DNA of 64,000 nucleotides from Flavobacteriales bacterium (GTDB lineage Bacteria; Bacteroidota; Bacteroidia; Flavobacteriales; Flavobacteriaceae): NCBI GenBank assembly GCA_038259825.1, contig JBBSOK010000001.1:3125-67124 (forward strand), read 5' to 3'. Below, piece after piece: positions 1 through 10,018 of this stretch. The notes beneath the pieces were generated by a model, which worked only from the letters and a program-made list of their open reading frames with translations, was not told where the DNA came from and did no database searches. Numbering within the stretch: position 1 is the stretch's first letter; the number at the start of each line of letters is the position of its first letter. Made by a program: the position numbers and the translations under genes.

Positions 1-477
1 AGAGAGGAAAAGAATCGCACAAAAAGCATATCAAATATCTTACTTGAAGTTGAGAAATTCAATCGAGGTAGTAAACAAGAAAAAATCAACTTCCTAAATA
101 CAGGATTGACTATTGAACACGTATTACCTCAAAAATGGTTTGAGCATTGGCCTTTAGACGGCAAAAGTATTTCAGAAGAAGACTTCAATTTATCTGTCCA
201 CGCAGTAATGACCGAAGAAGATAAAGAAGGGAAATACCATCAAATAGAGGGGAGGAACAAAATGTTACACACTATTGGCAATCTTACAATATTGACAACT
301 TCACTTAATCCAAGCGTGAGTAATTCGGCGTTTTTAATCAAACAAAAGGAGATAGGAAGTCAATCAACCTTAATAATAAACCAATATTTTCAAAATAAAT
401 CGGATTGGAATGAAGAACAGATAAAGGAACGAAGTAAAATAATTTATGATTCTATCTCGAAAATTTGGGCGTATTAA
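1..477 (+). CDS. C-terminal fragment of a DUF262/DUF1524 (GmrSD-like) nuclease
   Basis: Frame 1 is open from base 1 to the stop at 477, so the Met at 106 is internal. The peptides TIEHVLPQ and GNLTILTTSLNPSVSN fit the His-Me-type DUF1524 nuclease domain. The N-terminus lies outside the window. Confidence 0.6.
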   Translation, partial: REEKNRTKSISNILLEVEKFNRGSKQEKINFLNTGLTIEHVLPQKWFEHWPLDGKSISEEDFNLSVHAVMTEEDKEGKYHQIEGRNKMLHTIGNLTILTTSLNPSVSNSAFLIKQKEIGSQSTLIINQYFQNKSDWNEEQIKERSKIIYDSISKIWAY

Positions 478-531
478 ATAGTTCCTATTTAAAAATGTAA
501 GAATTCATCCAAACAAAACCACAAGTACAAA

Positions 532-1593
532 ATGGAATACATAGTCCTCGATACAAATATTTTTATTAAAGAAAATTTTCTTGAAGGAAAAAGAATTCGG
601 CAACTTCTCAAACTTTCCGAAGAGGAAAAGATTAAGATTGTTATGACCAAAATAACGATTGGAGAAGTTAAAAGCCGATTTAAGAAATTTTCAAGAAAAG
701 CAGTCCAAGACTTAAATCAGTTTAAAAATCAATTTGAGTCCCGAGTTTTGCGGAACAATTCCGCAGGGAGGAAAATTTTTGAGCGAATCGTTAATAATGA
801 CATTGAAAAGGAATTTAATGATGAATTTGATGCTATTCTTCTAAAATCAAAAGTCCTTGTAATTGATTATCGAGAATTAAATATAGAAACCGTTTTTGAG
901 AAATATTTTGAAAATAAATTTCCATTTAATGGAGGAGACAAGAAAAATGAATTTCCTGATGCATTTGCATTGGACTTGATTGAAAAATGGTGTTTTGAGA
1001 AGAAAATAAAATGTACCGTATTTTCATCCGATAAAGATTTTTTAAACTTCGAGAGTGAACATTTCGAAATAACTAAAGACTACGAAAATTATCTTGATGA
1101 GAAGCTTAAATATTATCTAACAGAAGAACATAGAATTTCAATACTTAATAAACTATTTGAGCAAAACTCAAAGAAAATTGATGATGAGATTGAAGAGTGG
1201 TATCGGTATAAGTTAGATGATGACAGTTTGTATCATATGGTAGTTTGGAATGATATTCACGACATTGAAATAACGGAAGTCATTATCAAAAACAAATCAT
1301 TCCAAATTGTATCGATTGATGAAGAATCTATTGAAATTGAAATTGAGGCAGAGGTAACCTTCAAAGTTGAATTAGTCATAGATGATGAAGATTTCTCCCA
1401 TTATGATAATGAAGATAAAGTTACCTACTACTTCGAAACCAAAATTGAAGAAATAGAAAGAGACGTAACGGCAACTTTATCGGTTCTTGCCTATATTATT
1501 GATAAGGAAGAGTACGAGGAGGAATTTGAAATTCTCGAAATCAATAAAGATGAGAAGTTAAAAATTGAAGAACAGTATGAAGATTACAGATAA
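532..1593 (+). CDS. PIN-like (DUF4935-type) domain protein
   Basis: The N-terminal IVLDTNIF motif plus the downstream acidic motifs FPDAFAL and VFSSDKDF resemble PIN-fold acidic active-site residues. The acidic C-terminal half has no recognisable motif. Confidence 0.5.
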   Translation: MEYIVLDTNIFIKENFLEGKRIRQLLKLSEEEKIKIVMTKITIGEVKSRFKKFSRKAVQDLNQFKNQFESRVLRNNSAGRKIFERIVNNDIEKEFNDEFDAILLKSKVLVIDYRELNIETVFEKYFENKFPFNGGDKKNEFPDAFALDLIEKWCFEKKIKCTVFSSDKDFLNFESEHFEITKDYENYLDEKLKYYLTEEHRISILNKLFEQNSKKIDDEIEEWYRYKLDDDSLYHMVVWNDIHDIEITEVIIKNKSFQIVSIDEESIEIEIEAEVTFKVELVIDDEDFSHYDNEDKVTYYFETKIEEIERDVTATLSVLAYIIDKEEYEEEFEILEINKDEKLKIEEQYEDYR

Positions 1594-1930
1594 TCTATAA
1601 TTCAAACGTGAATTGAAGGTTTTCACTTGAAAAATTCTACAAAGTTTATAAAGTCGGTAGTCCTTTAGAGTCTTAATCTCATTTCAAGCAAGGCAAAAAT
1701 AGCCATAGCTTAAGATAAAGGATAGAAAGTATTTTTTCATAACTGAATACTTAAGACATAAGAGATTATAGGTAGGAACTGTTCAAATAGCTCCAAAACC
1801 ACCTATCCATAAACTTGGAAATATTCCAAATATTAATGAAATCCTGATTATCAAATTCGCAAAATCATTTGTACCTTTGAAAGGAATTTAGTATGTAATT
1901 AACAAAAAGGAATTTTAGACAATTTGCAAA

Positions 1931-4900
1931 ATGATTGATTTTGATATAATAGAAAATTTAGGTTTGGACAAGGCCGTATCTGTTATTTCAGAACCTAATC
2001 AAGTTTCTGAAAGTCAATTAGGTGTCATAAATCAAGTAAAGAATTTTGGTATTGATGAAATTTATTTCAGCACCGACGAAAATCACAACAGTTATCCAGC
2101 GGTATTCTTAAAGGAAGTCCAAAAATTTGATGACTTGGCTCTTCGAGAAATTGCCATTGCACAAAAAAAAATATGGAATTTTAAAAAGGTCATTTTTCTT
2201 TACGTTTATTCTGAAACGGAAATACGAATCTACAATTGCGCCGAGAAACCTCTGTTGATAAAATCCGACGATTTTGATTATAAAAAGGAACTCAAAACGC
2301 TTGAGATAGAGTCATACAAGTTTTCGGATAAAAATAAATTAAAAGAACTTCAAAACCTTTTTTCCACCATTGCTATCGATACCGGTATTATTTGGACTTT
2401 GAAGGAAGCTTTTGAGATTCGAAAGAAGATTAGTCTTAAGCGAAGAGTGGATAAATATCTCGTTGATAGCCTTACCCATACTGCCAAGCAATTACAGGAC
2501 GATGGGTTAGAGATTAACCTTATCCATAAAATAATAATGCGTTCTCTCTTTCTACTATATCTGGAAGATAGGGGCGCAACCGATGCAAAATTCTATTCTG
2601 GAATCAAAAAAGGAGCTCAATCTTATTTCGACATTCTGGATGATGAAGATAAAACGTATTCCCTTTACCGCAAGTTGGAGGAATATTTTAATGGAAATGT
2701 TTTTACTGTAGATAACAATGAGACCATTTCGAGAGAACACTTGCAAATTATAAAAAAGTGTTTTATCAATGGTAATGATGATTCACAGCAGCAAAATCTT
2801 TTTGAAGATTTTCGACTTTTCGACTTTAGTATTATCCAAATTGAATTATTGAGTGAAATTTACGAGAATTTTCTTTCCGAAATAAACCCAACACTAAAAC
2901 AAGATACAGGTACATATTACACACCTCCATCACTTGTTGAACTTATATTAAATGAAAAGTTACCAATTGCAAGGTCAGAGAGAAACTTCAATGTTAAGAT
3001 TTTGGACCCAACCTGTGGTTCTGGAATTTTTCTGGTAGAAAGTTTTAAAAGATTGGTAAAGCGTCACGAAAATGCGACCTCTGAAAAACTTACTGACTTT
3101 AATGAGCTGAAGAAGTTGCTGACGGATAATATTTTTGGCATTGAGATACATCCACAATCCATTAAGGTGGCAGCATTCAGTCTTTATCTGGCTTTGGTTG
3201 ATAACTTGAATCCTAAAACGATTTGGCAGAATAAAGATTACCGTTTGCCTTACCTGATTAACGACCCTACTGATAGTACATTGGTAGAGCAAGGCAATAA
3301 TTTGTTTCGTAGTGATACTATAAAATCGAATCCAGAGGTAGAAGCTATTAAATTTGATTTGGTTGTTGGGAATCCGCCCTTTGGCACGAAAAAACTATCT
3401 CAAACCATAAGGGATTATAGCGATAAATACGGTTTTGCCAAGGAAATGGTGCTTCCGTTTTTGCACAAAGCAACAACGTTCTCTGAAAATGGAGAAATTG
3501 CCTTGATTTTCAATACCAAAATACTCACTAACACGAAAATTACGTATCAAAATTTCAGAAAGTGGCTTTTCAATGAATGCTATGTAGAGAAGATTTATAA
3601 TTTCTCAATTTTACGGAATGCTCCGAAAGATTTTGGCGGGCAATTGTTTGGTTCGGCAACGGGGCCTATCAGCATTGTCTTTTATAGGAAAAATGCACCA
3701 AAGAAAAAATCTGACACCATTATTTATTATGCTCCCAAAACTTATATCAAATCCAATGTTATTGAAGGTGTTAGTATTGATGGGACAGATTTAAAATATC
3801 TTCCCCGAGAAGAATGCAAAAATCCGACTTCAAAAATTTGGAAAATTGCAATGTGGGGTGGAAATGGGGATATGAAATTGATTCATAAATTAAATTCTTT
3901 AGATAGTCTGGAGCAGTTTATTTCAAATGAAAAATTTGATAGAGGTTCTGGATTGCAATATTTGAATGATTCCACAAAGAATCCTAAAGTAGATACTGAA
4001 ATTCCTAATAGATATATTGCACCAAAGAATATTAGGAGATATGCGTCATATTCGTTTTCGGACTTAAATTCTGGGCTTTCTCTAAAATCTAAAGAAATAT
4101 ACGCTCAACATTATGGTGTGTCAGTTAGCGACATACCTGCTATAGATATTTTTAGACGTCTGGGAGCGAAAAAAACTTATTTTGCGCCACATATTCTAAT
4201 TAAAGAAGGTCTTTCCAATTGGAAAATTTGTGCTTCTTATGAAAATGAAGATTGCTCTTTCAATAGTAAAGTTTTAGGTGTCAGTCATAGTGATGCTAAT
4301 TTACTCAAAGGGTTAACTTGTTTCATAAACTCAAAACTTGCTTATTATTATCTTTTTCTTTGTTCGGCATCCATCGGAATAGAAAGAGAGGAAATTAAAC
4401 CAAACGAAATTTACAAACTTCCTTTTTCTCTATCAAAAGAGAATTTATATTATTTAGCTGAAATGTATGACAGAATGTGTAGTGAATCTGAAATTCTCAA
4501 TAACAATTTAAAAGAGCAAGAGAAGCAGATTGATGAATACATATTTAAGTGTTTTAACTTTTCAAAGGACGAGAATCTTATCGTAGATAATTTTGTTGAA
4601 TTTACTATCCCATTATTAATTAAGAGGTATCATTATGTTCTTGGACCGACAAACCTTAAGGAAATTCAAGATTATGCTGCGAAAGTATCACAACATTTGA
4701 ATGACTTTTTGCAAAATCAGAATCTGTATGCCAATTGTACAATATTTGAAAAAGTGAATCATTTTTCGCCTCTGATGATAACTAAAGTTACATTTGAAGA
4801 TACTGAAAAAGCAGTCTTAAAATCAATTGTGCAGATTGATGACATACTGAAAGATTTGGATAAGGAATTATGGCAAAAGAAGGCAACAAATATATATTTC

Positions 4901-5032
4901 AGAAAAAAATTAAATTACAAAACTGGTAACGACATTTTTATTATTCGTCCCAATCAGAAAAGATTCTGGACACAATCAATGGCAATTGAAGATGCTTCGG
5001 AATTAATTCTGGAAATTTTAAACGAAGTTTAA
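1931..5032 (+). CDS. Large N6-adenine DNA methyltransferase (Eco57I / type IIG / PglX-like architecture)
   Basis: SAM-binding motif I (ILDPTCGSGIFLVE) precedes catalytic motif IV (GNPPFG), which is the gamma-class order. A YYTPP motif and a helical LFLLYLEDRG segment are typical of this family. A C-terminal region of about 550 aa is plausibly for target recognition. Confidence 0.85.
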   Translation: MIDFDIIENLGLDKAVSVISEPNQVSESQLGVINQVKNFGIDEIYFSTDENHNSYPAVFLKEVQKFDDLALREIAIAQKKIWNFKKVIFLYVYSETEIRIYNCAEKPLLIKSDDFDYKKELKTLEIESYKFSDKNKLKELQNLFSTIAIDTGIIWTLKEAFEIRKKISLKRRVDKYLVDSLTHTAKQLQDDGLEINLIHKIIMRSLFLLYLEDRGATDAKFYSGIKKGAQSYFDILDDEDKTYSLYRKLEEYFNGNVFTVDNNETISREHLQIIKKCFINGNDDSQQQNLFEDFRLFDFSIIQIELLSEIYENFLSEINPTLKQDTGTYYTPPSLVELILNEKLPIARSERNFNVKILDPTCGSGIFLVESFKRLVKRHENATSEKLTDFNELKKLLTDNIFGIEIHPQSIKVAAFSLYLALVDNLNPKTIWQNKDYRLPYLINDPTDSTLVEQGNNLFRSDTIKSNPEVEAIKFDLVVGNPPFGTKKLSQTIRDYSDKYGFAKEMVLPFLHKATTFSENGEIALIFNTKILTNTKITYQNFRKWLFNECYVEKIYNFSILRNAPKDFGGQLFGSATGPISIVFYRKNAPKKKSDTIIYYAPKTYIKSNVIEGVSIDGTDLKYLPREECKNPTSKIWKIAMWGGNGDMKLIHKLNSLDSLEQFISNEKFDRGSGLQYLNDSTKNPKVDTEIPNRYIAPKNIRRYASYSFSDLNSGLSLKSKEIYAQHYGVSVSDIPAIDIFRRLGAKKTYFAPHILIKEGLSNWKICASYENEDCSFNSKVLGVSHSDANLLKGLTCFINSKLAYYYLFLCSASIGIEREEIKPNEIYKLPFSLSKENLYYLAEMYDRMCSESEILNNNLKEQEKQIDEYIFKCFNFSKDENLIVDNFVEFTIPLLIKRYHYVLGPTNLKEIQDYAAKVSQHLNDFLQNQNLYANCTIFEKVNHFSPLMITKVTFEDTEKAVLKSIVQIDDILKDLDKELWQKKATNIYFRKKLNYKTGNDIFIIRPNQKRFWTQSMAIEDASELILEILNEV

Positions 5033-5035
5033 GTA

Positions 5036-5656
5036 ATGGGATTGAACAAAGTAATAGTTGCCAGCTTCAAGAGAGGTTTCGAAGATAAATGTTTTCAGCT
5101 GATAACGGGATCTTATGCAAAAGCTTTAGAAACAAAGGTCATCCAACTCAATTGGGATGAGAATGATATCACATCGGAACTGCATACGCACATAAACCAA
5201 AATCCGCTACGATTAAAGTGGAGTATCGTAACGAATGTTGAGCAACATTTACCTAAAAAAGATACTAAAAAGGAAAAGGGTTTTGCCGCAAAGTTACCTC
5301 GTATAGACCTTCGATTGGTAACCATAAATTCCGACCTTGAATATGAATATCATTTGGAAGCAAAAAATCTTAAGGAAACTGATTCTGGCCTAAAGCGACG
5401 ATATATAGATACAGGCATCAACAATTTTGTATCACATAAATATGAGAATGGTTGCTTACTTGGCTATGTACTTGAAGGAGATTTGGATAAAACAGTTAAA
5501 GGAGTGAACAAACTTTTGATAAAAGATAAGAGGGCTTCCGAATGTTTAATTCCAAAGCCACATAATTTGCACAATGCTTATTACGAAACAGGACACATTA
5601 ATAACTTTACTCTAAAGCACTTAATGTTCGATTTCACACACCTTCAGAGTGCTTAA
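5036..5656 (+). CDS. Hypothetical protein, possible PD-(D/E)xK nuclease partner of the methyltransferase
   Basis: The gene starts 4 nt after the methyltransferase stop. The peptide PRIDLRLV...(x)...YHLEAK gives a D91...E108-x-K110 pattern with PD-(D/E)xK-like spacing. This rests on the motif only. Confidence 0.35.
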   Translation: MGLNKVIVASFKRGFEDKCFQLITGSYAKALETKVIQLNWDENDITSELHTHINQNPLRLKWSIVTNVEQHLPKKDTKKEKGFAAKLPRIDLRLVTINSDLEYEYHLEAKNLKETDSGLKRRYIDTGINNFVSHKYENGCLLGYVLEGDLDKTVKGVNKLLIKDKRASECLIPKPHNLHNAYYETGHINNFTLKHLMFDFTHLQSA

Positions 5657-5793
5657 AATATCAATTTTGTTATTAGGTATTGTTTTTTAGAATTTCCCGA
5701 TAATTTCTGACCCAGTGCGAACAATAATTAAAGTACAACAAATTTTCTTTGAGGACTTTTAAATTGGGCTTAAAGGTTGACCCTATGAAATTT

Positions 5794-6159
5794 TCAAAAA
5801 GGCCCTTTATCCCGCGGCCCATTATGCGTAACCTTCCATTGGCCATTTTCTTGAACCAGTTTAAAAACACCTGGTTTTGGGTCGTACGCTGTTGAATATT
5901 TTACCCAAACCACCTCGCCATCCATAGCTTCATCGACCACTTTAAAATTGGCTTCTGAATCTTTATCTTCAGCAAACATTGCTTGAATGCTTGAAAGGTT
6001 TGCATATCCTTCCGCAGTGGTATACTTTTTTAATGTAGCTTCATCGCCGTGATAAAAACTTTCGGCAACAACTTTAGCGGTTTCAGAAGGGGAGAGATTC
6101 TTGTTTTCTGAGCACGAGAAGAACAAAAATACGAGCGAGAAAATGACTAAATTTTTCAT
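5794..6159 (-). CDS. Small lipoprotein (DUF4878/NTF2-like) at the distal end of the tra operon
   Basis: It has a signal peptide with a lipobox (FLFFSCSENK). It lies directly downstream of traN on the same strand. Confidence 0.5.
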   Translation of the reverse strand: MKNLVIFSLVFLFFSCSENKNLSPSETAKVVAESFYHGDEATLKKYTTAEGYANLSSIQAMFAEDKDSEANFKVVDEAMDGEVVWVKYSTAYDPKPGVFKLVQENGQWKVTHNGPRDKGPF

Positions 6160-6166
6160 AACGTTA

Positions 6167-7057
6167 CTAATTTGGGTTATTGATATAACTATGTGATATT
6201 TTTAGTTCAATATTACGTTCACCATCTTTTTCGTGCAGTTCTAAAATTGCTCTACGGTCATTGGATAATGAAAACTTCGGAACTACATAAACAAACCGAA
6301 CCGATTCATTCTCTTTTATTTTGGAAGGCAGATTGTATTTAAATAGCGGTTCTTGATACAGACGTTGCAGCGATTTTCTTTTTCCCTTTTGTCTTGTTTC
6401 AACCGAGAGTTTTAAGAAATTCAAATCATAATCCAAAGTAGAATTATTCTTGATCTGGATTACGAAGTAAAGTTCTTCCGTATCAAAAACAATATTTTCA
6501 ACACTCAAAACAATACCCTCGGTTCGCTTTTTAATCCTACCAACACGCTGTTTTCTTTCAAGAAGATAGGAACTGAATTTCTGGTAATAATAATTTCTGT
6601 TATCAATATTACTTTCAGCAGAAGCAACAGAAATAGAATCATTCATTATTGGTCTTTCGTTTCCGATACTACTGGACTTCGGAATAAAATAATTGAATTT
6701 GGATATCTGCGCCTTATACCTTACAATATACGAAAAAATTGAACCATCTCTATTGACTATCAGAAGATTGCTTTCTTTTCCGGGCTTTGCCTGAAGCAGT
6801 CCGAAATATTGTTCTTTTTCACGATTATATGTAAATACGAAATTACCTGAGCCAGTTATACCTTGGCGTATAGGTTCAGGGAAAAACAGCGCAACATTTT
6901 TGGTGTCATTCGCATAGATGGTATCTATTACGATTGTTTCTTGTGCTGTAACCTGCGCCCGGCAAAGTCGAGGTGCAAATGTTAGAACAGCTACAAATAA
7001 TGAAGTTATGATATATTTTTTCATAATAATGAATTTTTGAGAACCCATTAGGTTCAT
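6167..7057 (-). CDS. traN: Conjugative transposon protein TraN
   Basis: Position and size match the Bacteroidota traK-traM-traN order. The signal peptide MKKYIITSLFVAVLTF...AQ suggests an alternative start at 7024. The start at 7057 forms an ATGA overlap with the traM stop. Confidence 0.7.
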   Translation of the reverse strand: MNLMGSQKFIIMKKYIITSLFVAVLTFAPRLCRAQVTAQETIVIDTIYANDTKNVALFFPEPIRQGITGSGNFVFTYNREKEQYFGLLQAKPGKESNLLIVNRDGSIFSYIVRYKAQISKFNYFIPKSSSIGNERPIMNDSISVASAESNIDNRNYYYQKFSSYLLERKQRVGRIKKRTEGIVLSVENIVFDTEELYFVIQIKNNSTLDYDLNFLKLSVETRQKGKRKSLQRLYQEPLFKYNLPSKIKENESVRFVYVVPKFSLSNDRRAILELHEKDGERNIELKISHSYINNPN

Positions 7058-7983
7058 AGTTTTGGTTTTAGAATAAGCTTGTAATTGTTCAACACCGTCA
7101 CTTTAATGCTTCGGTTTTTACGTTTTAAGATTTTTGTGATTCCGCCAACTTCTGGAACACTTGGAATATTGATATCGCCTATAACATCGTCCAAAACTTC
7201 CGTTGTTATCTCTGACCTAAAATTGTTTTGTACATAGATGCCCTCGCTACCATCCTGTAAATCGAACGCTTTGAGTTTGGTGGGATGATGCTTTATATTT
7301 TCAATCTCAATTAAAGCACGATTGGGCTGAAAGCTTATAAAGCCAAAAACGAGTGTGTTTTTTGGCATTCGCTTATTATTAATCATTGCAGCCTTGGTAA
7401 GTCGCATTCTCAATCGGGAGTTTGTTTTGACTACTTGGTCACCATCGACAACCACATAGATTGTTTCATCCGTATTTCCAATGATTGAAATGTCGTTTGG
7501 CTTGGGCGAAGCAGCAAAAAATAATTGATGTTCCAGGCCCAATTCTTTGGCTTCAATCTTCTGTTCTCTTTTTATGTCTGCGGAATCTACTTCTTGAATT
7601 TTTTTGGAAGCTGTTCTTCTGTTTCCTAGATTCTGATAGGTCAAATCAGAATATTTGATTTTTCCTGCTGAATAGATGCTATCCACGATACGTTCTTTTT
7701 CACGTTCGGGCAAATCTGTACTATAAAAACCTAGGGAATCAATGAGCTTTTCATCGTAGATACTCGGAGCATTGTTTTCACGTACTTCCTTCAAATCATT
7801 GATGGCATCAAGTTTTGAATCGTATTCTTTTTGATTTTCTTCCAAATCTGGTATTTGGGTCTGTTCAAGGTTTTCATTTTCACTTTCGTCATCGCCCATT
7901 ACCATAACGGAATAGGAAATTAGAAATATGAAAATCACAGCCAATACCGCTGCAAAGACAATTTTGTTTTTTTCAATTTTCAT
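7054..7983 (-). CDS. traM: Conjugative transposon protein TraM
   Basis: It has one N-terminal TM helix, an acidic linker and a beta-rich C-terminal domain. It overlaps traK and traN, and its position fits the Bacteroidota tra operon. Confidence 0.7.
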   Translation of the reverse strand: MKIEKNKIVFAAVLAVIFIFLISYSVMVMGDDESENENLEQTQIPDLEENQKEYDSKLDAINDLKEVRENNAPSIYDEKLIDSLGFYSTDLPEREKERIVDSIYSAGKIKYSDLTYQNLGNRRTASKKIQEVDSADIKREQKIEAKELGLEHQLFFAASPKPNDISIIGNTDETIYVVVDGDQVVKTNSRLRMRLTKAAMINNKRMPKNTLVFGFISFQPNRALIEIENIKHHPTKLKAFDLQDGSEGIYVQNNFRSEITTEVLDDVIGDINIPSVPEVGGITKILKRKNRSIKVTVLNNYKLILKPKL

Positions 7984-8587
7984 CGGATAGTTTTTTTAAA
8001 GTGTTTTCAAAGTAATCGGTTATCAATAATCCGTGCGGATTGTTTGGGAAGTTTCGATTGACCATAATGAGTTTTCCAGTTGAAACAAGTTCGTAGGTGT
8101 CAATTATGGAACCACTATTGATTTCAAAAATGGTAGTTGTAGTGAAACTATACGAACCATTATTTTCCATTATCCTCGAATCGATACTCAACACTTTTTG
8201 AACCAAGGAATATTGCAACAATCGGTTGTAAACACCATCGGCTTTTTTCTGACGGTACAAATTGTCTACTGAACTATTGCCCAACCAAAGCGCTTTTTCC
8301 AAGTTCCGTTCATAATTACTTGCATCGATATTATAGAAGTAATTGTGGAACAGTTCCAAATGCGCCAAAGCTTCTACCTGGAAATTTTCTTTTTGGGTAA
8401 CGAGTTTTAATGGAATGATGCTGCCATTGGTGTTGATGGCGAATGCACTATTGAGGGCATTTTGGTTAGTTCTAAAAGCTATCCAAACGGAAAATGTACT
8501 CGCCAAAAAGGCAAATACTACGACTGCCAAAACGATGAACCTATTTAATTTTAGGATGTTATAAATATTCTTATAGGGTGTTTTCAT
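7973..8587 (-). CDS. traK: Conjugative transposon protein TraK
   Basis: At 204 aa with one N-terminal TM helix, its size and position between traJ and traM fit TraK. Confidence 0.75.
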   Translation of the reverse strand: MKTPYKNIYNILKLNRFIVLAVVVFAFLASTFSVWIAFRTNQNALNSAFAINTNGSIIPLKLVTQKENFQVEALAHLELFHNYFYNIDASNYERNLEKALWLGNSSVDNLYRQKKADGVYNRLLQYSLVQKVLSIDSRIMENNGSYSFTTTTIFEINSGSIIDTYELVSTGKLIMVNRNFPNNPHGLLITDYFENTLKKLSDEN

Positions 8588-8599
8588 TCTGATTTTGCT

Positions 8600-9442
8600 T
8601 TAGTTAGAAAATAATCTTAACGTGAAAGAAGTGGCGCGCCTGTATAACTTGAATTTCAGGAAAACAATAAAGCCTACTGAACCAAGTTGTACTACAGGAG
8701 CAAAAAAGCCTTGACCTACATCTGTTCCAAAAAGGTTATTCCAAAAGTTTGTATTGATTTCTGTGTATAGCGCATTCACAAATACATTGACCAAAAAGAA
8801 GGCTGGCACGAGCATATATACCGCTGCATACAATTTGAAAAAATTATAGGCGAGGGAACGGAATTTCTCAAATACAGCTAAACTGATGACCAATGGGAAA
8901 AATGCTTGCATAATACCCAAAAGGAAAAACCGTTCTGCTAAAAAGAGCGGGTAGATAAACAGGTCTAAAATCCATAGGATAATCCCAATGATAAAGGCAA
9001 ATATTTTAAACCCGTAAAGTGGTGTTACCAAAGCTTCATAAAGCAATGTCATTGCATTTTTTGCAGCATCGATTAGATTTACGTCTTCCTCTATCGGAAT
9101 GTCCTGCATTTGCAATGGCAACAAAGCTGGTGCAGTTCCTCTATATTGTGCTTCTATAGAAACCAAGATGCTATCAAAAAAGCCTAACACCTGTGTCGAG
9201 AAAATGACCAAAAGAACTATGGCAAAATTCTTCGCCAGTTCTCCAGGACTCAATCCCCAAGTGTAACCGTCTTTATCTGCAACACCTTCATTGTATTTTT
9301 TAAGGATATTGACCAGAAAAAACAGAACAGCAAGCGTTTTCATTCCTGCAATAGTATATTGCGAGAAGCTGCTGTTCTGTATGGTCTGGAAAACCGTGTC
9401 TATATATTCCAGTCCAATCCCTAAAATGATTGTTGCAGTCAT
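8600..9442 (-). CDS. traJ: Conjugative transposon protein TraJ (polytopic membrane, VirB6-like role)
   Basis: This is a multi-TM 280-aa protein located upstream of traK and downstream of the traG ATPase. Confidence 0.75.
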   Translation of the reverse strand: MTATIILGIGLEYIDTVFQTIQNSSFSQYTIAGMKTLAVLFFLVNILKKYNEGVADKDGYTWGLSPGELAKNFAIVLLVIFSTQVLGFFDSILVSIEAQYRGTAPALLPLQMQDIPIEEDVNLIDAAKNAMTLLYEALVTPLYGFKIFAFIIGIILWILDLFIYPLFLAERFFLLGIMQAFFPLVISLAVFEKFRSLAYNFFKLYAAVYMLVPAFFLVNVFVNALYTEINTNFWNNLFGTDVGQGFFAPVVQLGSVGFIVFLKFKLYRRATSFTLRLFSN

Positions 9443-9444
9443 CC

Positions 9445-10014
9445 TTAATATTCGGTTTCACGGTTATTTATTTTATCCTGCATTTTTCTGAAGGAAATAA
9501 TATCCTTGTATCGTTTCGTTTTAGCCTTGACGTTAGAAACCATTTCCTTTGATTCAAATTCTTTTTGTTTAAGGATTTCAGCACGTTCAGCATCGCTCAT
9601 TTTCAGATAATCGCTGGATAGGATTTCATCTATAAAATTCATTGTATCTAGAGAATTTTCTACAATGGCAGTGAATGATTCAGAAACCCTTGCAACTTCT
9701 TCGGGCTTGATGTAAGGGCTATCAAGAATATCCCTTAAATCATCCTGCATTACATCGATGAGTCGCTGGTTGTTTCGACCAATCTCACGAACTGCATTCA
9801 ATTGCCTAACTACATCATTGACCTTTTCAATGTTTTCTTTTGCTGTTTTTAAGAACTTGACAGTCTTGATGATGTTTGCGGTTTGCTTCCCGGACTCTAA
9901 TAGTTGCTTTATTAAACTAATAAAATTGGTATTGTCATAAACTGGCATTCCCTGTGCTTTAATGTTCAAGCTGAACAGCAATGCCATTGCGAGTACTAAA
10001 ATTTTTGTTTTCAT
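9445..10014 (-). CDS. Secreted conjugal transfer protein (TraI/DUF4141-like)
   Basis: It has a signal peptide (MKTKILVLAMALLFSLNIKAQG) and a helical body. It sits between traG and traJ, as in Bacteroidota conjugative elements. Confidence 0.5.
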   Translation of the reverse strand: MKTKILVLAMALLFSLNIKAQGMPVYDNTNFISLIKQLLESGKQTANIIKTVKFLKTAKENIEKVNDVVRQLNAVREIGRNNQRLIDVMQDDLRDILDSPYIKPEEVARVSESFTAIVENSLDTMNFIDEILSSDYLKMSDAERAEILKQKEFESKEMVSNVKAKTKRYKDIISFRKMQDKINNRETEY

Positions 10015-10018
10015 AATA

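Noticed and set aside
2555-3292. Short minus-strand ORFs inside the methyltransferase. Similar antisense or shadow ORFs occur inside traG, jetC, jetA, the SMC-like ATPase, alaS, der and the kinases.
   Set aside because: All lie fully within long motif-supported genes on the opposite strand or in another frame. Their sequences are low-complexity or hydrophobic with no motifs.
1931-5032. The methyltransferase as BREX PglX.
   Set aside because: None of the other BREX genes (brxA/B/C, pglZ, brxL) is nearby. The architecture is equally compatible with a type IIG-like or orphan enzyme.
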